Origin: a bacterium
GTDB taxonomy: Bacteria > Zhuqueibacterota > Zhuqueibacteria > Residuimicrobiales > Krinioviventaceae
DNA length: 64,000 bases
Reading direction: 5' to 3'
NCBI GenBank assembly: GCA_963675755.2
Contig: CAXXMD010000002.1
Location: 576,001 to 640,000 of the forward strand
A model generated the notes under the pieces. It was not told the DNA's origin, did no database searches, and worked only from the letters and a program-made list of their open reading frames with translations. Shown in pieces: positions 1-9,984 of the stretch (its first letter is position 1; each line of letters starts with the position of its first letter). Position numbers and translations under genes: made by a program.

Positions 1-1
1 C

Positions 2-1558
2 GATGTCTGGAATGCATTAGGATCAGATAATAATCATGGAGCCTATATTGTTGATAATGATTGGGATCTTGATGACTGTAGCAGATGTCATGGTATGGAT
101 TATGAAGGTGGGAAAAGCGATATTTCTTGTTATTCCTGTCATGATTCTTATCCACACTTTCCAACATGGACACTGTCAGAGTCTGAACTGTTTCATGGCA
201 AGTATTTAAAAGCTCATGATTATGCTGTTGGTAATTGCCAGAGTTGCCATGGACAGGACTATAGTGGCGGTACAAGTGAAACCTCTTGTTATCAATGTCA
301 TGCAAATTATCCACATATGGATACCTGGATGGGTACAACGGATGCAAGTCATGGCTCATTTATTCTTGCAGATGAAAACAATATTCAATCTTGTGAATCT
401 TGTCATGGTTCTGATTACGGTGGTGGTACCAGTGATGTTTCCTGTTATACTTGTCACCAAACATATCCACACTTTGCATCGTGGAATGAACCAGAATCTG
501 AACAGTTTCATGGAAAATATGTAGAGTCTGCAAATTGGAATGTTGAATCATGTGAATCCTGCCATGGTGATGATTATTCTGGTGGAACGTCTAATGTTTC
601 CTGTTATACATGTCATCAATCATTTCCACACAACGATAGCTGGCTTACAGCAACTGAAGATGGACATGGTGCATTTTTGAAAAACGTTAATTGGGCTGTC
701 GAAAGTTGTACAACTTGTCATGGTGAAGATTTGGCTGGCGGAAGCAGTGATATTTCCTGTTACACTTGTCATGAAAACTATCCACATGATTCCGAGTGGA
801 TGAATATGGCTTCAAATGATTCTCACGGCAGTTATGTTAAAGCTCAGGAATGGGACACAGAATCGTGTCAAACATGTCATGGTGAAGATTTGGCCGGTGG
901 AACCAGTGACGTATCCTGTTATACCTGCCATGAATCATACCCGCATGCTGATACATGGTTGACTGCAACAGAAGAAGGACACGGCGCATTTGTTAAAGCT
1001 CTGGAATGGGATCTTGAAAGTTGTGCTGATTGTCATGGTGAGGATTATAAAGGCGGTAGTAGTGAGGTTTCCTGTTATACCTGTCACGAATCTTATCCGC
1101 ATCCTGAGAACCATGAATGGGTTGGTGGAACAGACGTCTCTCATGGAAAATATATAAAAACCCAGTATTGGGATCTGTCATCCTGCCAGTTGTGTCATGG
1201 TGAAGATTATGCCGGTGGCACTACCAATACGAGTTGTACTACCTGTCACTCTGGCGAACAAGGTCCTGAATCTTGTAATGTTTGTCATGGAAGTGGTTTT
1301 AATGCCGCACCTCCACAGGATTTAGCGGATCATTCTGAAACTACTTATTTAGGCGTAGGTGCACACCAAACACATATGGCAGTTTCTCCTTATTGTGAAT
1401 TGTGTCACCATCAACCTGAATCCTTTGATGATCCATTGCACCTTGACGGAAATCTTCCTGCAGAAGTTAATGAAAATCTGCAATGGAACCGTGAAACCGC
1501 AACCTGTGCAAATGTTTATTGCCACTCGGATGAAAATAGAGATTATACCTGGAATTGA
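2..1558 (+). CDS. Multiheme cytochrome c with tandem two-heme repeats (5'-truncated by the window edge)
   Basis: The frame is open from nt 2 (DVWNALGSDNNHGAYIVDNDWDLDDCSRCHG-MDY...). 18 CxxCH motifs plus one C-terminal CxxxxCH (CANVYCH) are visible, organised as a 52-53 aa repeat. Confidence 0.93.
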   Translation, partial: DVWNALGSDNNHGAYIVDNDWDLDDCSRCHGMDYEGGKSDISCYSCHDSYPHFPTWTLSESELFHGKYLKAHDYAVGNCQSCHGQDYSGGTSETSCYQCHANYPHMDTWMGTTDASHGSFILADENNIQSCESCHGSDYGGGTSDVSCYTCHQTYPHFASWNEPESEQFHGKYVESANWNVESCESCHGDDYSGGTSNVSCYTCHQSFPHNDSWLTATEDGHGAFLKNVNWAVESCTTCHGEDLAGGSSDISCYTCHENYPHDSEWMNMASNDSHGSYVKAQEWDTESCQTCHGEDLAGGTSDVSCYTCHESYPHADTWLTATEEGHGAFVKALEWDLESCADCHGEDYKGGSSEVSCYTCHESYPHPENHEWVGGTDVSHGKYIKTQYWDLSSCQLCHGEDYAGGTTNTSCTTCHSGEQGPESCNVCHGSGFNAAPPQDLADHSETTYLGVGAHQTHMAVSPYCELCHHQPESFDDPLHLDGNLPAEVNENLQWNRETATCANVYCHSDENRDYTWN

Positions 1559-1562
1559 TTTT

Positions 1563-1599
1563 GAATAGGGGAAATGCCTTTAAAGGCGTTTCCCCATTC
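1563..1599. terminator. Hairpin between convergent genes, probable bidirectional terminator
   Basis: GGGGAAATGCCTTT/AAAGGCGTTTCCCC near-perfect inverted repeat (1568-1595) overlapping the GNAT stop codon; no long U-tract. Confidence 0.55.
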
Positions 1600-2005
1600 C
1601 TATAACATCATCGTCTTTATACCCCAAATGTGAATAAAATGCAATAACATTTTTATTGGTATTTCTTACCTGTAAGTTTATTTTAGGACACCCCATAGAT
1701 TTTAGCAATTCTTCTGCTGCTTGCATTAAAGCTTTACCTATACCTTTTCTTTGCAAAGAAGGGGACACCGCAAGATAGTTAATCCAACCTCTATGGCCTT
1801 CATATCCAACCATTACTGATCCAACCAAAGTATTATTTGTTTCTGCTACAAGCAATCCTTGTGGATGATATGTAATTTTCATGTCAATATCTTTATCCGG
1901 ATCATTCCATGGTACAACCAGATCACAGTCCCGCCACAATTCTACAAGATCTTTTCTGTCATTTTCTTCAAAGACTCTGATTTTAAATTTGTTATTTTTC
2001 TTCAC
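1580..2005 (-). CDS. GNAT family N-acetyltransferase (YpeA-like)
   Basis: VGYEGHRGWINYLAV, acetyl-CoA motif QRKGIGKALM, and GCPKINLQVR. Confidence 0.9.
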   Translation of the reverse strand: MKKNNKFKIRVFEENDRKDLVELWRDCDLVVPWNDPDKDIDMKITYHPQGLLVAETNNTLVGSVMVGYEGHRGWINYLAVSPSLQRKGIGKALMQAAEELLKSMGCPKINLQVRNTNKNVIAFYSHLGYKDDDVIGMGKRL

Positions 2006-2024
2006 TATATAATCCTTTAGAAAT

Positions 2025-2060
2025 AAAAAAACCGTATAATAATTAGCTATTATACGGTTT
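2025..2060 (-). terminator. Rho-independent terminator of tal
   Basis: Stem AAACCGTATAATA / TATTATACGGTTT with a 6-nt loop, followed on the minus strand by a T run, about 20 nt after the tal stop. Confidence 0.75.
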
Positions 2061-2082
2061 GAAAATCAATATTTAATTTGGG

Positions 2083-3048
2083 TTAACAGTTGACGATTTT
2101 ATTTTTAATATAATTTTCAAGTTGCAAAGTATCTTTGGTAAAATTACGAATACCTTCGGCAAGCTTTTCTGTTCCCATAGCATCCTCATTGTGCATCCAT
2201 CTGAATATTTTTTCATCAATTTCAATTATAGGCTCACCGTTTCTTGCTGCTGTTTCCTTGTTGAGTTTATGATGAACAAGTTCGGCTTTGTTTTTCAATT
2301 CTTCAAGCAGGTTAGGGGATATGGTTAAAAGATCACAACCCACAAGTTCTATAATTTCATCAGTATTTCTAAAACTTGCTCCCATGACCTGTGTTTTGAA
2401 ACCATTCTTTTTATAATAATTATAAATACGGGTTACAGATTCAACGCCAGGATCTTTATGCGGTTCGAAATGTTCGATTCCAGTGGACTTTTTGTACCAG
2501 TCCAGAATTCTACCAACGAATGGAGAAATTAGAGTAACATTGGCTTGAGCACAAGCAACTGCCTGGGCAAAACTGAATAATAATGTCATATTACATTTTA
2601 TATCTTCTTTTTCCAGTACTTTTGCGGCTTCTATACCTTCCCAGGTTGATGCAATTTTAATTAAAATACGATCGCGATCAATACCAACATCCTTGTACAT
2701 TTCAATAATTTCACGGGCTTTATCTATGGTTGCTGCTGTATCAAATGATAATCGGGAATCCACTTCAGTTGATATTCTTCCTGGAATAATATCAAGTATT
2801 TCCTTACCAAAATTAACTGCTAGTTTGTCCAGTGTGAGCTCTAGTTTATCTGATTCGGATTGGGCATTATTATTTCCGAAACAAATAGCATCATTAACAA
2901 GATGTTGATACTCTTCACGTTGTGCCGCTTTGTATAGCAGGGAAGGATTGGTTGTGGCATCTGTTGGCTGGTATTTTTGAATCTCCTGAATTTCCCCTGT
3001 ATCTGCAACGACTATTGTATACTGCTTTAGCTGTTCCAATTGATTCAT
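2083..3048 (-). CDS. tal: Transaldolase
   Basis: [33 protein letters not shown] (Schiff-base Lys), [14 protein letters not shown]. Confidence 0.97.
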   Translation of the reverse strand: MNQLEQLKQYTIVVADTGEIQEIQKYQPTDATTNPSLLYKAAQREEYQHLVNDAICFGNNNAQSESDKLELTLDKLAVNFGKEILDIIPGRISTEVDSRLSFDTAATIDKAREIIEMYKDVGIDRDRILIKIASTWEGIEAAKVLEKEDIKCNMTLLFSFAQAVACAQANVTLISPFVGRILDWYKKSTGIEHFEPHKDPGVESVTRIYNYYKKNGFKTQVMGASFRNTDEIIELVGCDLLTISPNLLEELKNKAELVHHKLNKETAARNGEPIIEIDEKIFRWMHNEDAMGTEKLAEGIRNFTKDTLQLENYIKNKIVNC

Positions 3049-3176
3049 ATGTCACCTCATTATTTATCTTTCACAATAAATAACATGCCAGACAAGTTTA
3101 ATATTTCATTGCATTGTTAAATGTAGAGTTTAATGGGTTGTTTTGGAATAATTAATATAAAAAAAGAATGAATTTT

Positions 3177-3204
3177 AAATGTGGCTGATTTCCAGCCACA
3201 TTTT
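3177..3204. terminator. Hairpin directly after the REC-HDOD stop
   Basis: AAATGTGGCTG-atttc-CAGCCACATTT. Confidence 0.6.
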
Positions 3205-4449
3205 TTATACCGCACTGGTTATTTCATTTAAATCAAATTTAATTTCTTCACTAATTGTTTTAATCTTTTCTACCGGGATTTCGATATAACTGAATTCTGT
3301 ATAATCAATTTCATTAATATCTTCCTGAGCCGCAATGCGGTTTACCAAATCATTCGTAAAACGAGAGACGAGTAGAATGTCATTATTTTTTGATAAATCA
3401 GATGCAAAGCTGTGATGTAAAAGAGCAACTTCAATACTGATAGGAGGCAGATTCCACAAGTTGAGCAAAAAGGCGCCCACTTCTGTGTGTGTATTGCCTG
3501 CAAGGCCCATATCCAATTCACAATCATAAAAACTCATATAGGGATGTTGTTTTTGGTGTTCAATGATTTGTTCGAATCTGTCAGGGAAATATTGGAGCAA
3601 TATGATTTTACCAATATCGTGTGTAATACCAACAGAATTGTATTTTGAATTAATGGGTTTCATGAATTTTAATTTATAGAATAATTGAATGTATTTGTTC
3701 ACTATAGAAGAGTGATCAATAATATTTTGAAAATATTGTTGTTGTACCGAGTTTAATGGCTTTTGTGTGGAAAGTGTAACAGCAAGCACAATGTTTTTTA
3801 CAGCATTTAATCCCATTGTCATAATTGCATGTTCAATTGAGGCCGTAGGCTCTCCTAGGCGTCTGTAAAACGCACTATTGGCAATGTGTAAAATTTTGGT
3901 TGTTACAGAAACATCCTGTTTAATAATATCTGCAAATTCGTCAAATGAAGCTTCTCTGTGGAATGCACTCATGAAATATTGATATAACATTGGCAGACTG
4001 GGTAATCTGTCAAGACTGTTCATCAAATCAAGAATTTTATCGTTTTTAAATGAACGATGAAATTTAAGCATTCGAATAATTTCATCCCGCAGTTCTGTTG
4101 TATCCCACGGTTTAGGAAAATAGGTTGATACCAATCCATTGGTCAAGGCCTGAAGTGCTGTGGATTCGTCAACATAGCCACTGAGGAAAACACGTATAAT
4201 GGAAGGCCATTTCTTTTTAACCAATTCAAGAAATTCCATACCATCCATTTCCGGCATCCGAATGTCACTAATTACCATATCAATTTGTTCGGATTCTATG
4301 ATTTCAATACCTTCTTTAGCGCTTGAAGCTGTTACAATGTCAAAATCATTTTGAAATAGAGTGTCTCGAATGACATTTAAAACACTAGCTTCATCATCTA
4401 CAAAAAGTACCTTGCCCATATTTGCTGCATTAACGTCAAAAGTGGTCAT
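3205..4449 (-). CDS. Response regulator with receiver and HDOD domains
   Basis: LFVDDE...ISDIRMPEMDG...KPW receiver; LPSLP, IANSAFY, HDIGK, HTEVGAFLLNLWNLP HDOD motifs. Confidence 0.9.
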   Translation of the reverse strand: MTTFDVNAANMGKVLFVDDEASVLNVIRDTLFQNDFDIVTASSAKEGIEIIESEQIDMVISDIRMPEMDGMEFLELVKKKWPSIIRVFLSGYVDESTALQALTNGLVSTYFPKPWDTTELRDEIIRMLKFHRSFKNDKILDLMNSLDRLPSLPMLYQYFMSAFHREASFDEFADIIKQDVSVTTKILHIANSAFYRRLGEPTASIEHAIMTMGLNAVKNIVLAVTLSTQKPLNSVQQQYFQNIIDHSSIVNKYIQLFYKLKFMKPINSKYNSVGITHDIGKIILLQYFPDRFEQIIEHQKQHPYMSFYDCELDMGLAGNTHTEVGAFLLNLWNLPPISIEVALLHHSFASDLSKNNDILLVSRFTNDLVNRIAAQEDINEIDYTEFSYIEIPVEKIKTISEEIKFDLNEITSAV

Positions 4450-4537
4450 AATTGCTCCATTTTCCCTTTTAATACCCCTTAAAATTTTTCCCTTATTTAA
4501 AAATAAGATATTCGGAAATCAATGTAAAGATTTTTTT

Positions 4538-5149
4538 TTATAGTTCAAGTAAGAAAAGAGTAGCAATAATTATACTCAAATCAGCTATAAAGTGAGAAAA
4601 AATTGGAATTATTAAGCCATTAAATTTTATTTTACATAATCTCCACATCCAGGCTGTAACAGATAATATGATAAAGCTAAAAATAATCCATTCAATTTTA
4701 ATAAATTGATACAAAACAATTGTGTGATATGCTGCAAACAAACAATCTGTTAATACAGGTTTTTTTGAATTTGAAAATAAAATATTTCTCCAAAAAAATT
4801 CTTCAAGAAAAGGGGTGGTCAATGTATAATAAATACTGAATATATAAAAAGAAAAACTGCTCAAACCTAGTGTTTCCAATATAGATAACATTGACACACC
4901 ATTTGAAACTATTGGCCATAAAATATAGATTGATATCCCTGAAGTTAATCCTGCTATTGAAAAGATAAACAAGTATGCAGGATTAAATCCTTTAAATAAA
5001 ATTTGAAAATTTCTTTCAGATGATAAAATGATTGTTAATAGAACTATGGCATGATAACCAAGTATTGCTGCCCATGCATTTTTTAAAAAGATAATGCCAA
5101 TTACCATTATTAAAATTGGTATACTACCAATTAAATATTTGATGTTCAT
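4538..5149 (-). CDS. CPBP (CAAX/Abi) family intramembrane protease
   Basis: Multi-TM protein with EEFFWR, FAAYH and SHFIAD motifs. Confidence 0.8.
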   Translation of the reverse strand: MNIKYLIGSIPILIMVIGIIFLKNAWAAILGYHAIVLLTIILSSERNFQILFKGFNPAYLFIFSIAGLTSGISIYILWPIVSNGVSMLSILETLGLSSFSFYIFSIYYTLTTPFLEEFFWRNILFSNSKKPVLTDCLFAAYHTIVLYQFIKIEWIIFSFIILSVTAWMWRLCKIKFNGLIIPIFSHFIADLSIIIATLFLLEL

Positions 5150-5175
5150 TAAAATACCCCTTTTAAAACAGGTAA

Positions 5176-5937
5176 TTATTTCTTTGTAGTTTGCATATTT
5201 ACCCCTTTAAGCACTTTATCCGAATAACCCCAGCCATATTCAGATGGAAGATCAACAAGAATGAAACTTGATTTCTTGATCGCCTTGATGAGCAATTGAT
5301 TTTCAAGGTCAATTCTTGCCTGATCATTGGTTTTTATTACTAAATCATTTACGTTAAACATGCCGGAAATATTATATATAAATATTCTTCTTTTATCATA
5401 TAGATCATAAAACAGAGTTTTATCGGGTTCAAGGTCGCATCGATATATGGTAGCATCTGCATGTATGTGTACGGCTTCATCAAAACCCTGGCCTGAAGCA
5501 ATAGGGTAAATATTATTTAGCCAATTTCTGGACTTTGATTTTTTGATAACTGTTGACGGTTCAAGGTTATGTTTGTTAGGGTAAATCCAGATTTGAAAAT
5601 ATTGTACCGGTTTTTCAGAAAAATTGATTTCAGAATGACGTACACCTGTACCTGCGCTGAGGCAATGAACGTGATTGGTTGAAATTAAGGTTTTGTTGTT
5701 CAAATTGTCATGGTGGGTTATTTCACCCTTGTGAACCAATGTAACAATTTCCATGTTTTCATGGGGATGTGTTGGAAAACCACATTGGGGTAGAATATGA
5801 TCATGGTTAAAGATTCGCAAATCACCAAACTGTAGATTGTCCGGATCATAGTAACTTGAAAATGAAAACAGCCACCAAGATTTTAACCAACCCAAATTTG
5901 TATAATGACGTTCGTCAGCTCTAATTATTCGTATCAT
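5176..5937 (-). CDS. Pirin family protein (YhhW-like)
   Basis: FSFSSYYDP, GFPTHPHENMEIVT, SAGTGVRHSE, QIWIYP. Confidence 0.92.
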   Translation of the reverse strand: MIRIIRADERHYTNLGWLKSWWLFSFSSYYDPDNLQFGDLRIFNHDHILPQCGFPTHPHENMEIVTLVHKGEITHHDNLNNKTLISTNHVHCLSAGTGVRHSEINFSEKPVQYFQIWIYPNKHNLEPSTVIKKSKSRNWLNNIYPIASGQGFDEAVHIHADATIYRCDLEPDKTLFYDLYDKRRIFIYNISGMFNVNDLVIKTNDQARIDLENQLLIKAIKKSSFILVDLPSEYGWGYSDKVLKGVNMQTTKK

Positions 5938-5939
5938 AA

Positions 5940-7358
5940 CTATTCATATCTTATTGGCCAGGATTCAGAATCAGTATGGGCGTGTTTTATATTCATTTGA
6001 ATTTTTTCAAGAATATCCGTATGAACATTTGCGATATTTCTGGTTTCGCTCAAATCAGTATTCAGGTCAAATAATTCAATAGGAGCATTAGGACCATTCT
6101 GGACTGCTTTCCAATTTTCCATTCGCAGTGCAAATCTGGTTGGCTTGTTCCAATGGAATTCCCAAAACAGGTACTCGTGTTTTTGTTGTCTTTCGGGTTT
6201 ATCTAAAAGTGTTGGTAGAAATGAAATTCCATCAATATTTTCAGGAATCTCAGTTCCAGCAAGTTCAGCGCAAGTAGGAAGGAGATCCCAAAATGCAGAT
6301 ATATGATCACTTTTTGAACCAGGTTTGATTTTCCCCGGCCATTTAGCAATAAAAGGAACCCGTATTCCACCCTCATAAACATCACGTTTTATGCCTCGTA
6401 AGGGGCCATTGCTATCATTGAAATCTGGATCATTTAAACCTTCTTTATGTGGACCATTGTCACTTGAAAACATAATTATTGTATTTTCAGCTATGCCAAG
6501 GTTTTCCAATTGTTTAACAATTTTTCCAATATCACTATCCATTCTGGAAATCATGGAAGCATGACCTTTTTGAGCAGCCGGCCAGTTTTTATCTTTGTAA
6601 ATCCCATAATCAGGAACTTCCATTCCATGTTCTGCTTCAACAAGGTTCCATTGATTATTTGCATGGGGAATGGTATAAGCAAGGTACAGGAAAAAGGGAT
6701 TATTTTTATTGGTATCAATAAAGGCTTGAGCCTCTTTTGTAAATAAGTCATGAGAATAAGTGGATTTGTTCGTAGATGCGCTTCCAATACCTTTCGAGTA
6801 TCCTGTTTCAGACATTACTACGTTATTGTCCAGTTTAACCTTTTCATGATTACGCCAGAGCCAATCTGTATAATAGTTATGTGCACGGGTTTGGTTTAAA
6901 TATCCGAAAAAATAATCAAATCCTTTTTTGTTCGGTTCCCCGGTGGTTCCTGTTTCACCCAAACCCCATTTACCTACTAGAGCTGTTGAATAACCTTCTT
7001 TTTTCAACAATTCAGCTACTGTCAGATCGTAGGGTTCTATTGCGATGAGGGCATTTCCACGAATCCTGGCGTGTCCAGTATGTTTACCAGTCATGAGGCA
7101 GCATCGTGAAGGTGCGCAAACTGTGCTTCCTGCATAATGATCAGTAAATAAAATACCGTCTTGTGCCAATTTATCGATATTGGGAGTTTGAATTTCTTTT
7201 TGGCCGTAACATCCCAGATCACCATAACCCAAATCATCCGCTAAAATATAAATGATATTGGGTTTTGAGTTTTGAGTTGTGCAATTAAAAATAGGGAAAG
7301 ATAAAGAGGCAGTAGCCGCACCGAGTACATGTTTAAGGAATTCTCTACGTTGCAGCAA
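5940..7358 (-). CDS. Arylsulfatase family sulfatase, probable Tat-exported (lipo)protein
   Basis: KPNIIYILADDLGYGD, formylglycine motif CAPSR, GKWGLG, SSDNG, YEGGIRVP; N-terminal RREFLK. Confidence 0.93.
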   Translation of the reverse strand: MLQRREFLKHVLGAATASLSFPIFNCTTQNSKPNIIYILADDLGYGDLGCYGQKEIQTPNIDKLAQDGILFTDHYAGSTVCAPSRCCLMTGKHTGHARIRGNALIAIEPYDLTVAELLKKEGYSTALVGKWGLGETGTTGEPNKKGFDYFFGYLNQTRAHNYYTDWLWRNHEKVKLDNNVVMSETGYSKGIGSASTNKSTYSHDLFTKEAQAFIDTNKNNPFFLYLAYTIPHANNQWNLVEAEHGMEVPDYGIYKDKNWPAAQKGHASMISRMDSDIGKIVKQLENLGIAENTIIMFSSDNGPHKEGLNDPDFNDSNGPLRGIKRDVYEGGIRVPFIAKWPGKIKPGSKSDHISAFWDLLPTCAELAGTEIPENIDGISFLPTLLDKPERQQKHEYLFWEFHWNKPTRFALRMENWKAVQNGPNAPIELFDLNTDLSETRNIANVHTDILEKIQMNIKHAHTDSESWPIRYE

Positions 7359-7379
7359 AACTATTCCTTTCCGAAAGCT

Positions 7380-8228
7380 TTATTTGTCTTTCAATTTATC
7401 GAATACTGAATTAATATTATCATCTAATGTGGCAATTTTTTCTTTAAAAAACAAACCTAAATAAATTGGATCTTTGTTCTCAGCATATTGTAAAGCTTTT
7501 GATCTATCTGTTACATCATAATCATCCGGAAATTTGCCTACTACCTGGTTCCAGCTTTTATAAGTAATAAGTTTATTAAATTCTACACAGGGGGATAAGT
7601 CATGAATAAAAGAAAAGCCCGGGTGTTGAATTGCTTCCTTGACAATTTGAGAAACCAATGCCCGTTCACGACTAAAAACACGAGCTACAAAGGTTGCGCC
7701 ATATGATAACGCCAATGTTGTGGGATTTAATGGGCGCGCAATATTACCGTAAGGGGTAGTTCCACTAATCATTCCCATTGGAGACGTTGGTGAAACCTGT
7801 CCTTTGGTTAATCCGTAAATGCTATTATCAAGAAGGATATATGTGATGTTGAGGTTGTTTCTTGCTGCATGCGGAAAATGACCGCCACCAATACCTACAC
7901 CGTCACCATCACCACCAACCACAACAACTGACAGTTCCGGATTAGCAATTTTGATTCCTGTAGCAATAGGAATTGCTCGACCATGCAGCCCATGAAAACC
8001 AAATCCGTTTACAAAAAAGGGAAAGCGACCGGAACAGCCAATACCTGAAACAACAACAAAATTTTTAGGAGGTATTTTGAGCTCATTGGCAGCTTCGTAG
8101 AGCCCATTTAATGCGGTAAAATGTCCACATCCGGGACACCATGTAGGCAAGTTACCACGCCATTTACTTTTATTTTCAATTTTAACCCGGTCTAATGCAT
8201 CAAGTACGGACCTTTTATTTAATGTCAT
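7380..8228 (-). CDS. korB: 2-oxoacid:ferredoxin oxidoreductase beta subunit
   Basis: WCPGCG, SGIGCS, TPP motif GGDGD...DNSIYGLTKGQ, SPC. Substrate is uncertain. Confidence 0.9.
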   Translation of the reverse strand: MTLNKRSVLDALDRVKIENKSKWRGNLPTWCPGCGHFTALNGLYEAANELKIPPKNFVVVSGIGCSGRFPFFVNGFGFHGLHGRAIPIATGIKIANPELSVVVVGGDGDGVGIGGGHFPHAARNNLNITYILLDNSIYGLTKGQVSPTSPMGMISGTTPYGNIARPLNPTTLALSYGATFVARVFSRERALVSQIVKEAIQHPGFSFIHDLSPCVEFNKLITYKSWNQVVGKFPDDYDVTDRSKALQYAENKDPIYLGLFFKEKIATLDDNINSVFDKLKDK

Positions 8229-9969
8229 TTTGTACCTCTAGAATCTTTTCTGCAACTTTTGCCGGACTTACCGGATCTACAGAGGGGATATGTACCTCTA
8301 CAGGTTTAATATTATATGACGATTTGAGCAATGCGGCATATTGACCTTGATAATTCATTTCAAATACCAAGATTTTCTTACAACTGTTGAAAAACTCGTT
8401 AAAAGCATTTTCATCTTGTGGAAATATCATAATACTTTTTAAAAGTTTAGATTTTGCACCTTTTTGACGGGCAATCTCCATGCCTTCCAGAATTGCACCA
8501 ATGGTTGAGCCCCAGCTGGCAATACCTATTGTTGCATCCTCATCTCCAATGATCTCCACAGGGGGCAGGTCTTTAACCATTGTTTTAAATTTTCGGAATC
8601 GCTTTGCTGTCATATCTTTATGAACAACAGACTCAAAGTTAGGATTTCCCTTTAAATTGTGTTCCAACCCTGTTACTGTATAAAACGCACCTTCTTCACC
8701 CGGAACCAGCCATGGGGAAATACCGTCTTGCGTCATTTCATATCTATTATAATTTCTCAACTGTTCAGCAGTTGGTTTTACACGTGTTGAACGGTTACGA
8801 TTGACATTGAGTTCCAGACTTTCGGTTTCGACCCGTTGTCCTAAAAAGAGATCACTCAGAAAGATAACGGGGGTTTGATATTTTTCAGCCAAATCAAATG
8901 CGGTTTGTACACCCGTATAACAATCTTTAATATCAGTAGGGGCCATTACTACACGCGGCGAATCTCCGGAACCACCATAAAGTGCAATATTCAGGTCACC
9001 TTGTTCAAGTTTTGTTGGTAATCCTGTTGCCGGACCACCGCGTTGTACATTGATGATTATTGAAGGGATTTCTGCCATTACGGACAGATTTAGCAGCTCG
9101 CTCATTAATGATAAACCGGGGCCAGATGTAGCTGTCATGGAACGTGTCCCTGTATACCAGGCACCTAACACTGCACCTGCGGCAGCGATTTCATCTTCAA
9201 CCTGAATTGTCCAGCCGCCAAGTTTGGGTAACTCTGTTGCACAGATTTCCATAATTTTGGTAGCAGGTGTAATAGGATAGCCGGCAAAAAACTGGAGTCC
9301 GCAATCCATTGCTCCTCTTGCTAATGCTTCATTACCACTAATCATGGTCAATGGCTTTGCATCCGTTTGAATAGGAAATTCATGATCCAGTGGGAATTCT
9401 TTTTGGCAATATTCATAACCCAATTCAAAAGCTTTCAGGTTAGTTGTAACAACCTTTTCGCCTTTGCGGTTAAATATTTTTTTTATGTAATTTTTAAAAA
9501 TATCCTGAGGGAGTCCATATAGATAGCAAAATGCGCCAATTGCTACAATATTACGCCCCTTGTTTGTATTGGTCGCCTGGTTTGAAAGTTTTTTTAATGG
9601 TACACCATATCCCTGCATATTGGGTTTTATATGAGATGCCAGGCTTTCATCTTCCGGTATGTCAGATGTTTGACTGCTGTCATAAATAATACTGCCACCG
9701 GGAACCATGTCATCAATCTCATCAATGGATTCAAGTGATGCCAGTCCCACTAAAATGTCAATTCCGTCTCCCATGCTGTAAACTTTGGAGTTAGAGAACC
9801 GTACAGTGGATGTAGATTTGCCAAGCCCTCTAATTTCTGCACTATAGATATCATTTACCATTACATGCAGGCCAATACCTGCACAAGAGTTGGCAACAAT
9901 CCGGCTGGCAGACACTATACCATCACCGGCAATACCACAAAATCTAATAGATAATTCTTTATGTTCCAT
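8215..9969 (-). CDS. korA: 2-oxoacid:ferredoxin oxidoreductase alpha subunit (gamma-alpha fusion)
   Basis: GIAGDGI, SGNEA, GYPITPA, EDEIAA, ATSGPGLSLM, QRGGPATGLPT, WGSTIG. Confidence 0.9.
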   Translation of the reverse strand: MEHKELSIRFCGIAGDGIVSASRIVANSCAGIGLHVMVNDIYSAEIRGLGKSTSTVRFSNSKVYSMGDGIDILVGLASLESIDEIDDMVPGGSIIYDSSQTSDIPEDESLASHIKPNMQGYGVPLKKLSNQATNTNKGRNIVAIGAFCYLYGLPQDIFKNYIKKIFNRKGEKVVTTNLKAFELGYEYCQKEFPLDHEFPIQTDAKPLTMISGNEALARGAMDCGLQFFAGYPITPATKIMEICATELPKLGGWTIQVEDEIAAAGAVLGAWYTGTRSMTATSGPGLSLMSELLNLSVMAEIPSIIINVQRGGPATGLPTKLEQGDLNIALYGGSGDSPRVVMAPTDIKDCYTGVQTAFDLAEKYQTPVIFLSDLFLGQRVETESLELNVNRNRSTRVKPTAEQLRNYNRYEMTQDGISPWLVPGEEGAFYTVTGLEHNLKGNPNFESVVHKDMTAKRFRKFKTMVKDLPPVEIIGDEDATIGIASWGSTIGAILEGMEIARQKGAKSKLLKSIMIFPQDENAFNEFFNSCKKILVFEMNYQGQYAALLKSSYNIKPVEVHIPSVDPVSPAKVAEKILEVQNDIK

Positions 9970-9984
9970 ACTCTACCGTTTCGT

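Noticed and set aside
77-1250. Periodic DNA repeats (for example tgtcatggtgaagat, tcctgttatac) resembling a CRISPR or tandem array
   Set aside because: They are in-frame coding repeats of the cytochrome heme motifs, degenerate at third positions, with a period of about 156-159 nt and no cas genes.
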